DNA of 41,902 bases from Deinococcus sp. (GCA_025351205.1 JANXWI010000095.1:1-41902), one strand, 5' to 3'. Positions 1 through 11,401 are shown, counted from the first letter of the stretch. A program made the numbers and translations. Notes: a model not told the origin generated them from the letters alone.

Positions 1-562
1 CCTATTTCAAACTCCCCGCGCGGCACGCCCTATGTGGGGCGCATCTGCTGCGTGAACTGCGAGGTCTGGCAGAGAACCACGGTCAGGTCTGGGCGGGGGA
101 ACTCCGGAACGCGCTGCGCCTGGTGTACCACCAGCAGAAAAGCGGCACTCTGACGCCCGAGATCGAGTCGGCCTTCAATCACCGATTCGACGCCCTGCTG
201 GCCGCAGGGCTTCAGGCCAATCCCGCATCACCGCCCATCCCAGGGCGACGAGGCCGGACCAAACAGACGCCGGGACGGAATCTGGCGCTCAGGTGTCAGC
301 AGCACCGCGAGGCGGTGCTGCGCTTCCTGCATGACGAAGGTGTGCCGTTTGACAATAACCAAGCTGAACGTGATGTGCGTCCCTGGTGTGTGAAGCGCAA
401 AGTCTCAGGAGGCTTCCGATCTGAGGAAGGTGGCCAGCACTTCGCCCGAATCCGGAGCTACATCTCGACCTGCCACAAGCAAGGATTGAATGTCTGGCAT
501 GGACTGGTTAGCATTTTTCGAGGCGATGTTATCATGCCTGACTTCACCCGCTGAGCAGTTAC
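1..562 (+). mobile_element. Right end of an IS66-family element; terminal repeat ...GCTGAGCAGTTAC ends at 562
   Basis: The transposase stop (552-554) lies inside a sequence whose reverse complement begins GTAACTGCTCAGC. IS66 ends characteristically start with GTAA. Confidence 0.85.
3..554 (+). CDS. IS66-family transposase, C-terminal part (5' truncated by the window edge)
   Basis: Frame is open from base 3. It contains [12 protein letters not shown] and [13 protein letters not shown]...[10 protein letters not shown], which are characteristic IS66 transposase motifs. Confidence 0.92.
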   Translation, partial: YFKLPARHALCGAHLLRELRGLAENHGQVWAGELRNALRLVYHQQKSGTLTPEIESAFNHRFDALLAAGLQANPASPPIPGRRGRTKQTPGRNLALRCQQHREAVLRFLHDEGVPFDNNQAERDVRPWCVKRKVSGGFRSEEGGQHFARIRSYISTCHKQGLNVWHGLVSIFRGDVIMPDFTR

Positions 563-581
563 CATTTAGGTTCCTATGCTT

Positions 582-658
582 CCTCACCCTTGAGGGGGGA
601 CTGGGACAGCTCGCAGAGAGGGCTGGGGAGGGGGTGAGCGGGCCGGGCACCCGAGGCG
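582..658. repeat. REP-like dispersed repeat, copy 1 (CCTCACCCTTGAG...GAGGGGGTGA)
   Basis: Shares CCTCACCCTTGAG, CTGGGAC and a 31-nt tail (about 25/31 identical) with 29189-29263; imperfectly palindromic. Confidence 0.7.
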
Positions 659-741
659 CATTTTGTTGATGACCTGCCTTGATCAGTTGACGGCGCAACA
701 GGACGAACGCTGCCCACCCGGCCACTTATTCTGCCAAGTCG

Positions 742-1338
742 TCACTCTGGTTCCCCCTCCCAGTCCGTCGGTTCCTCCTGTGCCTCCTGCCCGGCTGCCT
801 GCTGTTCGGCCAGATACTCGGCGGCCACCTCGCGCAGCAGCGGCCAGATCAGACTGCTGCTGTAGCCGCGCCGCAGCATGAAGGCAAACGCGCGCCGCTG
901 GGGGTCGGGCGCGCGCTGAAAACTGGGCCAGCGGCGCGCCAGCAGGGTGCGGGCGTCTTCGGCCTCGTCCACCGGGTCACGCTCGGCGAGAACCTCCTCG
1001 ATCAACGTGTTGTCCACCCCGCGCTGACGCAGCTTCTGACGCACCCGCCCGCTGCCCACGCCGCGCCTGCGGGCCTCGGCCTGCGCCACCTGTTCGTCGT
1101 TGAGGTAGCCCAGCTCCCTGACCCGCTCCAGCACCCCCTGTACCAGCTCCGGGTCGGGTTGCCGCCTGAGCATCCGGCCCCGCAGCTCGGCCTCGCTCAG
1201 CGCCCGCTGCCCCAGCGCCCTGAAAGCGTACATCAGCAGCTGTTCGCGCTGCTCGTCTGCGCTCAGCACGCGCGGCTCAGGCTTCACGTCCGGGGCTTCG
1301 CCCTCTGAACGGGACCTGTACTTGCGCCGGGAAGTCAT
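742..1338 (-). CDS. recX: Regulatory protein RecX
   Basis: YAFRALGQRALSEAELR, GYLND, G..RVRQKLRQRGV and FMLRRGY are RecX repeat motifs. Confidence 0.93.
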   Translation of the reverse strand: MTSRRKYRSRSEGEAPDVKPEPRVLSADEQREQLLMYAFRALGQRALSEAELRGRMLRRQPDPELVQGVLERVRELGYLNDEQVAQAEARRRGVGSGRVRQKLRQRGVDNTLIEEVLAERDPVDEAEDARTLLARRWPSFQRAPDPQRRAFAFMLRRGYSSSLIWPLLREVAAEYLAEQQAAGQEAQEEPTDWEGEPE

Positions 1339-1553
1339 GGCCCCATTGTGGCACTTGCCCCGTACACAGTCAGCCTGTACACTCTTAGAGTTGTCTGCTC
1401 ACCGCAGGCCACGCCTCGCCGGCACCTGTCAGGGTCCAGCAGGCCGCGCAGACCGCAGCAGCCAGTTCCGGCAGGTTTCTGGCAGGTCTGACGCTCGCGT
1501 TCCTTCCAGACAGGCGGGAACCGCCCCGGAAATCCGGGAGAAGGAGTCACCAC

Positions 1554-1841
1554 ATGGCCTTACGTCACAAATCCGCCCAGAAGCGTCACCGTCAGAGCCT
1601 CAAGAGGCGCGCCATCAACCGCAGCCGCAAGAGCACCGTCAAGACTTTTGTCAAGAAGGCCGTGGACGCCGTGCAGGCCGGGGCCGAGAACGCCCTGGAG
1701 ATGCAGCGCAGGGCCGAGAGCCTGATCGACAAGGCCGCCAAGGGCAGCACCATGCACAGGAACACCGCCGCCCGCAAGAAGAGCCGCCTCGCCAAGCGAA
1801 TCAACAAAGAAGTCGCCGCCCAGGCCGCCGCTCAGAAGTAA
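1554..1841 (+). CDS. rpsT: 30S ribosomal protein S20
   Basis: [22 protein letters not shown]...[18 protein letters not shown]; AAGGAG ribosome-binding site (RBS) upstream. Confidence 0.98.
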   Translation: MALRHKSAQKRHRQSLKRRAINRSRKSTVKTFVKKAVDAVQAGAENALEMQRRAESLIDKAAKGSTMHRNTAARKKSRLAKRINKEVAAQAAAQK

Positions 1842-1860
1842 CCTTAACCTGTCCAGACTG

Positions 1861-1887
1861 AAAGCCATCCGTGCGGGTGGCTTTTTT
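1861..1887 (+). terminator. Intrinsic terminator after rpsT
   Basis: AAAGCCATCC-gtgc-GGGTGGCTTT hairpin followed by a T tract. Confidence 0.85.
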
Positions 1888-1988
1888 GTGGTTGAAATTT
1901 TTCTTACAGGGTGCGACGTCCGCTTGTTTGTGCGCCTGGATCGGTCATTAGAACTGCCCGTTTCTTCAGTGCCACGGGCCGAAACCGC

Positions 1989-2354
1989 TCAGCGGGTCAC
2001 GCTCAGATCGAGAATGCCGGTGTAATTGAGGTAGTCGATGGTCATGTGATAGGTACCGAACTTGGCCCTGTTGGACATGCCGATGGCCCAGGTTCCTTTC
2101 GGGCACTGCTGGCCGCCCACCTGGAGGCCGTCGGGGTCGGTCAGACGCAGGATCACCAGACCCCTGCTGGCCTCACATTGTCCTGAAATCTGCACCCCGT
2201 TGCCGATGTTGCGGTAGGAATACGTCGTTTCGCCCTGGGCGTTCCACATCCGGGTGGGCGTGACCATCACGATGCCCAGTTTGATACCGCCGTAGGTGTA
2301 GGTCAGGCCCAGAGCCACTGCCAGGATGAGCAGGAGTGCAATCAGGAATTTCAT
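1989..2354 (-). CDS. Hypothetical exported or membrane-anchored protein (121 aa)
   Basis: Starts [16 protein letters not shown] after an AGGAGAG RBS; beta-rich body with two Cys. Confidence 0.75.
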   Translation of the reverse strand: MKFLIALLLILAVALGLTYTYGGIKLGIVMVTPTRMWNAQGETTYSYRNIGNGVQISGQCEASRGLVILRLTDPDGLQVGGQQCPKGTWAIGMSNRAKFGTYHMTIDYLNYTGILDLSVTR

Positions 2355-2681
2355 CTTCTCTCCTACTGTACCTGCTTCTCTTCCTGTCTGTGCCCTCTTG
2401 CAGTTGGTCACGCCCGCCTGGCTGCAACTGTTCCGTGTCTGCATGTCTTGGATCGACTCGTTCCCGCGCTGGACACGAGGCAGGACGTGAAACAGGCGGC
2501 GCTTCAGGCATCATGCAGAAGTGGGCGAGGCGTTGCCATGTGGTATTTCACGGTGGTCAGGAGAAGGTCGCGGCTGCCCCGGCACAAAGGCGGTCCAGAA
2601 CGCTGGAAACGCGGCCCGCGCGCCCGGGAATGGTCGGGTCGAACACCTGGCCTGACCCTGGACCGCTATACTCCGCAGCCG

Positions 2682-2810
2682 ATGCCCAACCTCCTGCTCT
2701 GCGCGTTTCGCCCGGCTCCAGTCTGCCCGGCTCCAGTCTGCCCGGCTCTAGTCTGCCCGGACCCGCCTTGTCTTGCCTTCATCTGCCCGGCACCTGCGGC
2801 CCGCGCGTGA
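2682..2810 (+). CDS. Candidate Cys/Pro-rich 42-aa leader peptide coupled to bshA
   Basis: TATACT at 2667-2672, ATG at 2682, stop TGA overlapping the bshA GTG (GTGA). Confidence 0.4.
   Translation: MPNLLLCAFRPAPVCPAPVCPALVCPDPPCLAFICPAPAARA
2710..2760. repeat. 15-bp tandem repeat GCCCGGCTCCAGTCT, about 3.4 copies
   Basis: Seen directly. Confidence 0.9.
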
Positions 2811-3931
2811 AGATCGGTGTGCTGTGCCATTCGGGGGCGGGCGGCTCGGGCGTGGTCGCCACCGAACTGGGCCTGGAAGTGGCGCTGGCCGGACACGAGG
2901 TTCACTTCGTGGGCAACGCCGTGCCGTTTCGGCTGGGCGCGGGCCAGGGCATGCTGGGGCGCGGGCCGTATTTTCATCAGGTCAGCAGCTACGCCTACGC
3001 GCTGTTCGAGCAGCCCTACCCGGAGCTGAGCGCGGCCAACGCCCTGACCGAGGTGATCATGGAACACGGCCTGGACCTGACCCATGCCCACTACGCCATT
3101 CCGCACGCCACGGCGGCCATCCACGCCCAGGCCATCACCGGGCGCACGCGGGTCATCACCACGCTGCACGGCACCGACGTGACGCTGGTGGGGGCCGACC
3201 CCAGCTTTCTGCACAGCACCCGCCACGCCATATTGCGTTCGGACATGGTCACGGCGGTCTCGCGCTTTCTGGCCGAGCAGACCTGCGACGTGTTTGGCAT
3301 CGACGTGCCCATAAGGGTGATCTACAACTTCGTCGATACCCAACGCTTCCAGCGCAACCCGGACCCCGCCATGCGCGCGCGTTTCGCCCACCCCGACGAG
3401 GCGCTGCTGGTGCACGTCAGCAACTTCAGGCCGGTCAAACGGGCGAGTGACGTGATCGAGATTTTTGCCCGCGTGGCCTCCGAGCTGCCCGCCCGCCTGC
3501 TGATGATCGGCGACGGCCCGGAGCGGCTGGCGGCCTTCGAGCTGGCGCAGCGGCTGGGCGTGATGGGCCGGGTGCAGTTTCTGGGATCGTTTCCGGAGGT
3601 GCAGTCCGTTCTCGGCATTGCCGATTTGTTTCTGCTGCCCAGCAGCAAGGAGAGCTTCGGGCTGGCGGCCCTGGAGGCGATGGCCTGCGAGGTCCCGGTG
3701 GTGGCGGCCCGCGCCGGAGGCATTCCCGAGGTGGTCGTGGACGGCGTGACCGGCGTGCTGGCCGAGGTCGGTGACGTGGACAGCATGGCCCACGCCGCCC
3801 TGAACATCCTGCGTAACCGCGACGTGTACACCCGCATGGGGCAGGCAGCACGCACGCGGGCGGTGGAGCATTTCCACCCCAGCCTGATCGTGCCGCATTA
3901 CCTGGAGGCCTACACGGAGCTGCTGAAATAG
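2807..3931 (+). CDS. bshA: N-acetyl-alpha-D-glucosaminyl L-malate synthase (bacillithiol biosynthesis, GT4 family)
   Basis: [44 protein letters not shown] and [16 protein letters not shown]. Homology begins at GTG 2807. Confidence 0.95.
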   Translation: MKIGVLCHSGAGGSGVVATELGLEVALAGHEVHFVGNAVPFRLGAGQGMLGRGPYFHQVSSYAYALFEQPYPELSAANALTEVIMEHGLDLTHAHYAIPHATAAIHAQAITGRTRVITTLHGTDVTLVGADPSFLHSTRHAILRSDMVTAVSRFLAEQTCDVFGIDVPIRVIYNFVDTQRFQRNPDPAMRARFAHPDEALLVHVSNFRPVKRASDVIEIFARVASELPARLLMIGDGPERLAAFELAQRLGVMGRVQFLGSFPEVQSVLGIADLFLLPSSKESFGLAALEAMACEVPVVAARAGGIPEVVVDGVTGVLAEVGDVDSMAHAALNILRNRDVYTRMGQAARTRAVEHFHPSLIVPHYLEAYTELLK

Positions 3932-3950
3932 CTGCCCAGACAACTCGCGC

Positions 3951-4550
3951 TCAGCGCTGGACGTTCAGGCTCACGTCGGCAATCCTGCTGCTCGTCGTGA
4001 CCTTGACCGCGCGCCCGACCTCGATCAGCAGGCCGTTCCAGCCCGCCTTCAGGTTGGCCTGGAATCCGCGCGCAGCACTGACCTGCGCCGGGCCGCTGGC
4101 GAAACTGACGAACAGCACGGCCTTGCCCACAAAGGGCGCGGCCTCCAGCAAGGCTTCGGTGTCGTCGCGCCTGCCGTTGCCGTTGCCGTCCTGGTACACG
4201 TAGAAGCGTAGCTCGGCGGTACTGACCTGCCCCGTCACGCTGACCGGCTCCAGCACGCCCGGCCAGAAGATGTTGTCGGCCCGCAGCTGCGAGAGAGAGC
4301 GCTGGGGCGGCAGCACGCTGGGAATCTCCAGGGCGAATCTCCCGCCGCTGATCGGCACGCTGCTCAGTTCTGCCACCGGCGCACCGTCGCTGCCCAGGGC
4401 AAACCCCCCCACCCTGGCCTGGGCCGGAAGCGCCCCGCTGACCGTGCCGCTCAGGGCCAGGCCGCTCAGCACGCTGCCCGCTCCACTGGTCTGGGCAGAA
4501 GAGAAGCTGGTCATGGCGGCCAGCAGCAGGGCCAGCAGGGTCTTGTTCAT
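3951..4550 (-). CDS. Secreted hypothetical protein with a DxNxNG Ca-binding-like loop
   Basis: Signal peptide MNKTLLALLLAA...SSA; YQDGNGNGRRD loop; leaderless TATACT-N6-ATG start. Confidence 0.8.
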   Translation of the reverse strand: MNKTLLALLLAAMTSFSSAQTSGAGSVLSGLALSGTVSGALPAQARVGGFALGSDGAPVAELSSVPISGGRFALEIPSVLPPQRSLSQLRADNIFWPGVLEPVSVTGQVSTAELRFYVYQDGNGNGRRDDTEALLEAAPFVGKAVLFVSFASGPAQVSAARGFQANLKAGWNGLLIEVGRAVKVTTSSRIADVSLNVQR

Positions 4551-4854
4551 GAAGCGAGTATAGGCCGCTCACCTTACGGCACCATGACGCAGCCCAAGCC
4601 TACACAGGCTGGATTCTCATGTCAGGCAGCCTGTCAACTGAGGCCAGGACGAGATGAGCCTGTGAGTTTATGAGAATGCTCGCCCCTGCTTGAGCTGCAT
4701 CCGGAACATTCGCCCAGGGCCTGGGAGGGGAGAGCGGCGTCAAGAGAGCCAGTTTGGCAGACCATAACCCGGAATCCAGGCGTGGGCGACCCTCACAGGC
4801 TTCAGCAGGCCGTGTGAGCCGACAAATTCACCCCGTCCAAAGCTCCTGCCCTGC

Positions 4855-6102
4855 TCAGAAGGTGTAGCCCTTGGGAACCACCACCACGCCGCTCTCGGTG
4901 ATCTTGAAGCCCCGCGCCTCATCTTCCGCCGGATTCACGCCGATGCTCACGCCCGCCGGCACCTCAACGTCCTTGTCGATGATGGCCCGCCGGATGTGGG
5001 CGTTTCTGCCGACGTCCACGTTGTCGAACACCACGCTGCTCTCGACCAGCGAGTGGCTGTGGGTGCGCACGGCGCGGCCCAGCACGCTGTCGCGCACGGT
5101 GCCGCCGCTGATGATGGTGCCGCCCGCCATGATGCTGTTGAAGGCCTGCCCCCGGCGCTCCGCCGCCTCGAACACGAACTTGGTGGGCGGTGAGAACTCG
5201 CTGCTGGTCCTGAGCGGCCACTGGGCGTTGTAGAGGTCGAACTCCGGCACCACGCTCACCAGGTCCATGTTGGCCTCGTAGTAGGCGTCGAGCGTTCCCA
5301 CGTCCTTCCAGTAGGTGTTGGGCACGCCCTCCTGGCCGGGAATCGGGTTCTTGTGAAAATCGTAGGCCTGCACTTTGTAGCCGTTTTCCAGGGCGTGCGG
5401 AATCACGTCGCCGCCGAAGTCGAAGCCCGCCCCGCTGCCGCCCATGTTGGTGTCGAGCAGTTCGTCGAGCGCCTTGCGTGAAAAAATATAGTTGCCCATG
5501 CTGGTTAAAGTCGTGGTGGGATCGCCGGGAATGCCGGGCGGATTGGCCGGTTTTTCCAGAAACTCGGTCACGCGCCACTGGTCGTCGATCTGCATCACCC
5601 CGAAGCGGTGCGCCTCGCTCTGGGGCATCGGGTAGGCGGCGATGGTTACGTCCGCTCCCGCGTCGATGTGCTGCTCAACCATGTGCCGGATGTTCATCTT
5701 ATAAATATGGTCGCCCGAGAAGATCGCCACGTAATCCGAATTGTTGTTGTCGATCAGGTGCATGTTCTGGTAGACCGCGTCGGCAGTGCCCCGGTACCAC
5801 ACCGGCCCCAGTTCCTCGAAGCGGTACATCTGGGCCGGCACCAGCGTAATGAAGTAATCGCTCAGGAAGGTGCCGAACCTCCAGCCGCGCTGAATGTGCT
5901 CGGTTAGACTCTGGGCCTTGAACTGCGTCAGAACGTAGATACTGAAGATATCGCTGTTCATGAAGTTGTTGATGGCGAAATCGATGATGCGGTACTTGCT
6001 GCCGAACGGCACGGCGGGTTTGGAGCGTCTCAGAGTCAGTGGTGAGAGGCGGCTGCCCTGCCCGCCCGCGAGAATCATGCCCAGAATGCGTGCTGATTTC
6101 AT
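4855..6102 (-). CDS. glgC: Glucose-1-phosphate adenylyltransferase
   Basis: [48 protein letters not shown]; C-terminal beta-helix. Confidence 0.97.
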   Translation of the reverse strand: MKSARILGMILAGGQGSRLSPLTLRRSKPAVPFGSKYRIIDFAINNFMNSDIFSIYVLTQFKAQSLTEHIQRGWRFGTFLSDYFITLVPAQMYRFEELGPVWYRGTADAVYQNMHLIDNNNSDYVAIFSGDHIYKMNIRHMVEQHIDAGADVTIAAYPMPQSEAHRFGVMQIDDQWRVTEFLEKPANPPGIPGDPTTTLTSMGNYIFSRKALDELLDTNMGGSGAGFDFGGDVIPHALENGYKVQAYDFHKNPIPGQEGVPNTYWKDVGTLDAYYEANMDLVSVVPEFDLYNAQWPLRTSSEFSPPTKFVFEAAERRGQAFNSIMAGGTIISGGTVRDSVLGRAVRTHSHSLVESSVVFDNVDVGRNAHIRRAIIDKDVEVPAGVSIGVNPAEDEARGFKITESGVVVVPKGYTF

Positions 6103-6358
6103 ATCGTTCCCCCGCGTGGTCCGCTCCCTCTTCTGTCAGCAAACGGAACTGCTTTTCGCCGGACCCTGACCATGACGCCCACGCCTGCGCCACGGTTCCA
6201 GACGTTTTGACGCGTCTGCTGAACTGTCCCTGCCCGGTACGTTCAGCATAACGAAAATTGAGTGCCTGACTGCGGGGGCGCGGCTCACCGTTCACAATCC
6301 GTACCTGTGTTGCTGGGGACCACAACAGAACGGAACCTGATTCGAATTCCGGTCTGTA

Positions 6359-7584
6359 TCAGTTGCCGCCCAGCGCGTCGAGCAGGCCCAGAGCTTCGAG
6401 CAGCCGGTCCGCATGCACCCGGATGGCCGCCCGCAGCTGCTGGGCCTCGAACTGCACGCGGGCCAGCGACAGCGGATCGCCGCCAGCGCTGCTGAGCTGC
6501 GACACTCGGCGTTCGAGTTCTTGTGAGCGTGTCCGCAGCTGCGAGAACTGCATCTGGTGCTGGCGGGCGGTGTTGAGCGTGTCTTGCAGCAGATGCGCGG
6601 CCTCCTTCTCGACCTGGGCCAGCGCCTCCTGGGCCTCGCGCACCTTGGGGTCGGTGCTGGCGCTGTCTCCGGCCTGCCACTCGGCGTAGTTCAGGGTGTG
6701 ACGGGCGCGCAGCACGTTGGGGTGCAGCTGCACGCTGATGTTCAGGCGCTGCGCCTCCAGGTCGATCTCGGGCACCAGCGGGGCCACGTCGGCGGCCTGT
6801 TCGTCGGCCAGCGGCGCGAACACCGTCAGGAAGGCCCTGGTCTGGGTGAGCATCAGGCGGTTGTGGGCCAGCTGCGTGGACATGGAGGTGTTGCCCGGCC
6901 CGGCGCTCGGCTGGGTGCCGCGCCTGCGCGCCGCGTCGCTGAACTTCTGTTCGCCCTCCAGCTCGCGCACCGTCAGGTCGAGCAGCCGCTCCTGGGCGCG
7001 GGCGCTGCGCACCTGTTCGGCCATCTCGGCGCGGGCGTGCTCGGCCCGCATGCTGCTCAGGCGGTCCTCGGCCTCCCAGCGGCGCAGTTCGGCGTGGGTG
7101 GCCTGCACGTCCCACTCGGCGGCGCGCTCCAGCCCGCCCAGTTCGGGCGTGACCCGCACGGCGTCCAGAGACCGCAGGGCCGTTTCGTTGTGGACCCGCG
7201 CCAGCAGCAGCGGCAGGTCATGGGCGCGGCGTCCCCACCGCACCGGGGCACGCACCGGCTCCAGCGTTTCGGGCGTGACCGGAGCCGGGGCAGACTGCAT
7301 GAACACCGACAGCGACTGGGTGGCCGACTCCAGCCACTTGTCGGCGCGGGCGTCTCCCAGGTCCTCACGCAGGTGGCCGTACATGTCCTGAAGCACGGCC
7401 ACCACCTCGCGCGGCCCGAAGCGCTGCATGGCGGGCCAGTTCCTGCGGATCACGGCGGCCTGCACCAGCTGATCGGCGCGGCGCTCGCCCATTTCGGGTG
7501 TCAGGGTCTGCCGCAGCCAGTCGCGGTAGGGGTCGCTGCCCAGCCCCGACACGCCGCCTCCGGGCTTGCCCCGTCCAGCGCCGC

Positions 7585-7588
<4 letters not shown>
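6359..7588 (-). CDS. Hypothetical helical/coiled-coil protein (about 409 aa)
   Basis: GTG start overlaps the upstream methyltransferase stop (GTGA); host-like codon usage; A/E/Q/R/L-rich. Confidence 0.75.
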
Positions 7589-8451
<863 letters not shown>

Positions 8452-8516
8452 TGCGTCCCATTATGGCCGGGCCGCCATACAAAAGACCATCAGGCAGGCG
8501 GCCACCACGGAACGGA

Positions 8517-8554
8517 CAGCCCAGTACAGACCAATCCAGTGCAGACCAGCCCAG
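8517..8554. repeat. 15-bp imperfect tandem repeat in the divergent promoter region
   Basis: cagcccagtacagac / caatccagtgcagac / cagcccag. Confidence 0.75.
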
Positions 8555-8648
8555 CTCGGTGCAACCTGAACCGGTCCAGAATTCTGTCAGCGGCGCTCTG
8601 CTACCCTGAGCTACCTGCCGCTCGCTTTTTCTGTGCGGCTCACCGAAC

Positions 8649-9002
8649 ATGACCCGACCCGACCCGACTCTCCGTGCTTCACAGACGCGCTTTCAGGCCC
8701 TCTGGGCGCACGCGCTGGCGTCTCTGCTGCTGTCGCTGGCGGGGCTGCTGCTGGGCTGGCAGCTGAGTGAGTCGGGCCATTCGCGTCTGGCGTCGGCCAG
8801 TCAGACCGCCCCGGTGCTGCCGGAACTGCGCCCCGCCCCGGCACCGCAGAGCGCCGTGCAGGGCCTGGGGACCCTGACCGAGACGCCGTTTGCCGCGCCC
8901 CAATCCGGCTGGACGACACCTTCGTTGCCCATCGGCCCCGCCGTTCATCTGGCGTCCACCGACCTGACACTGCTGGGCCGCCTGAACCTCGATGGCGGCT
9001 GA
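8649..9002 (+). CDS. Small single-TM protein upstream of secDF (candidate arrest/monitoring peptide)
   Basis: 117 aa; hydrophobic segment at about residues 16-38; Pro/Ala-rich linker; ends LTLLGRLNLDGG; co-directional, 116 nt before secDF. Confidence 0.75.
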   Translation: MTRPDPTLRASQTRFQALWAHALASLLLSLAGLLLGWQLSESGHSRLASASQTAPVLPELRPAPAPQSAVQGLGTLTETPFAAPQSGWTTPSLPIGPAVHLASTDLTLLGRLNLDGG

Positions 9003-9118
9003 CCTCGGCGGCGGCTGAACAGGCATGACCGCTGAACCCTGGCGGTGTCCCCAGCCTGACGCTGACCCACGCACGGCTGTTCCTGTACCCACTTCCCACG
9101 CTCAGAACCGGAGTTTCC

Positions 9119-11401
9119 ATGTCGTTAATGAACCCCAACCAGAGGCGCAAACCCGCGCCCAAGCGCAAGGCGCCGCCCTCAAAAATTTCTCCGACCACCT
9201 CGGTCATGCTGCTCGCCGTGCTGCTGCTCTCGCTGCTGTTCGTGTGGCGGCCCTGGGAACACAGGCAGAACCTCTGGACTTTAAACAGCAGCGATTACCA
9301 GTTCGTCACCCTCGGTCTGGATCTGCGCGGTGGCCTGCGAATCGCGCTGTCGCCGGAAAGCGGCACGGCCAGCCGAGACCAGCTCGATCAGGTCAAGACC
9401 ATCATTGAAAACCGGATCAACTCGCTGGGCGTGACCGAACCCACCGTGACCGTGGCGGGCAACCGGCGGGTGGTGGTCGAGATTCCGGGGGCCACGCCCG
9501 CTCAGCAGGACCGCGCCCGCAGCATCATCCAGCAGCAGGCCAAGCTGGAATTCAGGATCGTGAACACGGCGGCCAAGCCGGGCGCCGCCGCCCGCGCCAA
9601 GAACCCCGACTCGGGCGGCTACGCCCTGAGCGACCTCGGGCCGGTGCAGGCCACCGGAGAAGTCGTCTCGAACGCCACTGCCGGAACCGACCAGGGCGGG
9701 CGCTGGATCGTGCAGGTGACCAACAACGCCAAGGGGGCCGACAGTTTCGGCAAGTTCACCGGCCAGAATGTGGGCCGCCTGATGGCCATCGTGCTCGACA
9801 ACCAGATCAAGAGTGTGGCGACCATCCAGTCGGCTCTGTACAACAACTTCCAGATCTCGGGCAGCTTCACGCAGGAACAGGCCAGTCAGCTGGGGCTGGT
9901 CCTGAAGTCGGGCAGCCTGCCGATCAAGATCAAGATCGACGAGGAACGCGCCATCGGGCCGAGCCTGGGCGCAGACGCCATCAGGAGCGGCGCGATTGCC
10001 GCCGTGGTGGGCATCACGCTGGTGTTCGTGATGCTGTTTTTCTACTACGGCCTGTGGTTCGGGCTGGTGGGCGCACTCGGGCTGCTGTTTTCCAGCGTCA
10101 TCATCCTGGGCATGCTGGGCGGCTTCGGGGCCACCCTGACGCTGCCGGGCATCGCCGGACTGGTGCTGACCATCGGCGCGGCCATCGACGGCAACGTGAT
10201 CAGCTTCGAGCGTATCAAGGAGGAGCTGAAGGCGGGCAAGGGCATCAAGAACAGCGTCCAGGCGGGCTACGAACACTCGACCATGACCATTCTGGACGTG
10301 AACGCCTCGCATCTGCTCTCGGCGCTCGCCCTGTACGCCTACGCCTCGGGGCCGGTCAAGGGCTTCGCGGTCACGCTGATCATCGGGGTGCTGGCCTCGG
10401 CCTTCAGCAACCTGGTGTTCGCCAAGTGGATGCTTCAAGTTCTCGCCCGCAGGCGCGATTTCGGTGCCCCGAAGCGTATCGGCGTGCCTAAGTACGACTA
10501 CATCAAGGTCGCCCCCATCGTGACCAGCATCTCGCTGCTGCTGGCCCTGGGCGGAGCGGTTCTGCTCGGCGTGCGCGGCCTGAACTACGGCGTGGACTTC
10601 ACCTCGGGCACCAGCATCACCGTGCGGGCCAATGCAAGCACCGACGTGGAATCGGTGCGCCGCGCCGTGACCGGGGCCGGAATATCGAGCGTCACGCCGC
10701 AGAACTCGACCATCCAGCGCAGCCTGACGCCGGGCATCGCCGGGGCGCAGTACACCGTCAAGGTGCCGCAGCTGAGCGACACCCAGATCAAGGCCATCAC
10801 CGCGAAGGTGATTGCGCTGCCCGGCGGGCAGGTGCAGCAGACCGAGACCGTGGGACCGGCGGTGGGTCAGGAGCTGACCACCCAGACCATCTACGCCGTT
10901 CTCCTGGGCCTGACGCTCATTCTGGCGTACGTCTGGTTCAGGTTCGATCTGGTGACGGGGGCGGGTTCGGTGTTCGCGGTGTTTCACGACGTCGCCATCG
11001 TGATGGGCCTGTACAGCCTGCTGCACCTTGAGTTCAGCATCGCCACGGTGGCCGCCGTCCTCACGGTGATCGGCTACTCGCTCAACGACTCGATCATCGT
11101 CTCAGACCGCATCCGCGAGAACCACAAGGTGATGCGCGGCCAGAGTTCGCGCAAAATCGTCAACGGCAGCATCAACCAGACGCTGTCGCGCACCGTCATG
11201 ACCTCGGTGTGTACCCTGCTGCCGCTGTTCGCCCTGCTGATCTTCGGCGGCCCGGTGCTGCGCGACTTTTCCATCGCCATGATCGTGGGCATCGTGGTCG
11301 GCACGTACAGCAGCATCTACATCGTGTCTCCGATGATCGTGTTTTTCGAGGAGCGCAACAGAGGGCAGGGCAAGGGCACGCCCGCGCCGATCAAGAGCTG
11401 A
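9119..11401 (+). CDS. secDF: Fused protein translocase subunit SecDF
   Basis: LGLDLRGG, IGPSLG, DGNVISFERIKEE, GVDFTSG, GYSLNDSIIVSDRIRE and GTYSSIY. Confidence 0.97.
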   Translation: MSLMNPNQRRKPAPKRKAPPSKISPTTSVMLLAVLLLSLLFVWRPWEHRQNLWTLNSSDYQFVTLGLDLRGGLRIALSPESGTASRDQLDQVKTIIENRINSLGVTEPTVTVAGNRRVVVEIPGATPAQQDRARSIIQQQAKLEFRIVNTAAKPGAAARAKNPDSGGYALSDLGPVQATGEVVSNATAGTDQGGRWIVQVTNNAKGADSFGKFTGQNVGRLMAIVLDNQIKSVATIQSALYNNFQISGSFTQEQASQLGLVLKSGSLPIKIKIDEERAIGPSLGADAIRSGAIAAVVGITLVFVMLFFYYGLWFGLVGALGLLFSSVIILGMLGGFGATLTLPGIAGLVLTIGAAIDGNVISFERIKEELKAGKGIKNSVQAGYEHSTMTILDVNASHLLSALALYAYASGPVKGFAVTLIIGVLASAFSNLVFAKWMLQVLARRRDFGAPKRIGVPKYDYIKVAPIVTSISLLLALGGAVLLGVRGLNYGVDFTSGTSITVRANASTDVESVRRAVTGAGISSVTPQNSTIQRSLTPGIAGAQYTVKVPQLSDTQIKAITAKVIALPGGQVQQTETVGPAVGQELTTQTIYAVLLGLTLILAYVWFRFDLVTGAGSVFAVFHDVAIVMGLYSLLHLEFSIATVAAVLTVIGYSLNDSIIVSDRIRENHKVMRGQSSRKIVNGSINQTLSRTVMTSVCTLLPLFALLIFGGPVLRDFSIAMIVGIVVGTYSSIYIVSPMIVFFEERNRGQGKGTPAPIKS

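Noticed and set aside
2336-2806. 157-aa N-terminal extension of BshA in the ORF track
   Set aside because: Homology begins at GTG 2807; the extension overlaps the divergent gene and promoter and is low-complexity.
6236-6252. Radiation-desiccation response motif upstream of glgC
   Set aside because: TTATGCTGAACGTAC is too short for the 17-bp palindrome and is better read as a -10 box (TATGCT).
9281-11026. Long antisense or alternate-frame ORFs (here and at 2666-3943, 22767-24278, 31513-33015, 32642-34444, 35155-36813, 38092-39585)
   Set aside because: Shadow ORFs expected from high-GC codon bias over well-supported genes; no recognisable motifs.
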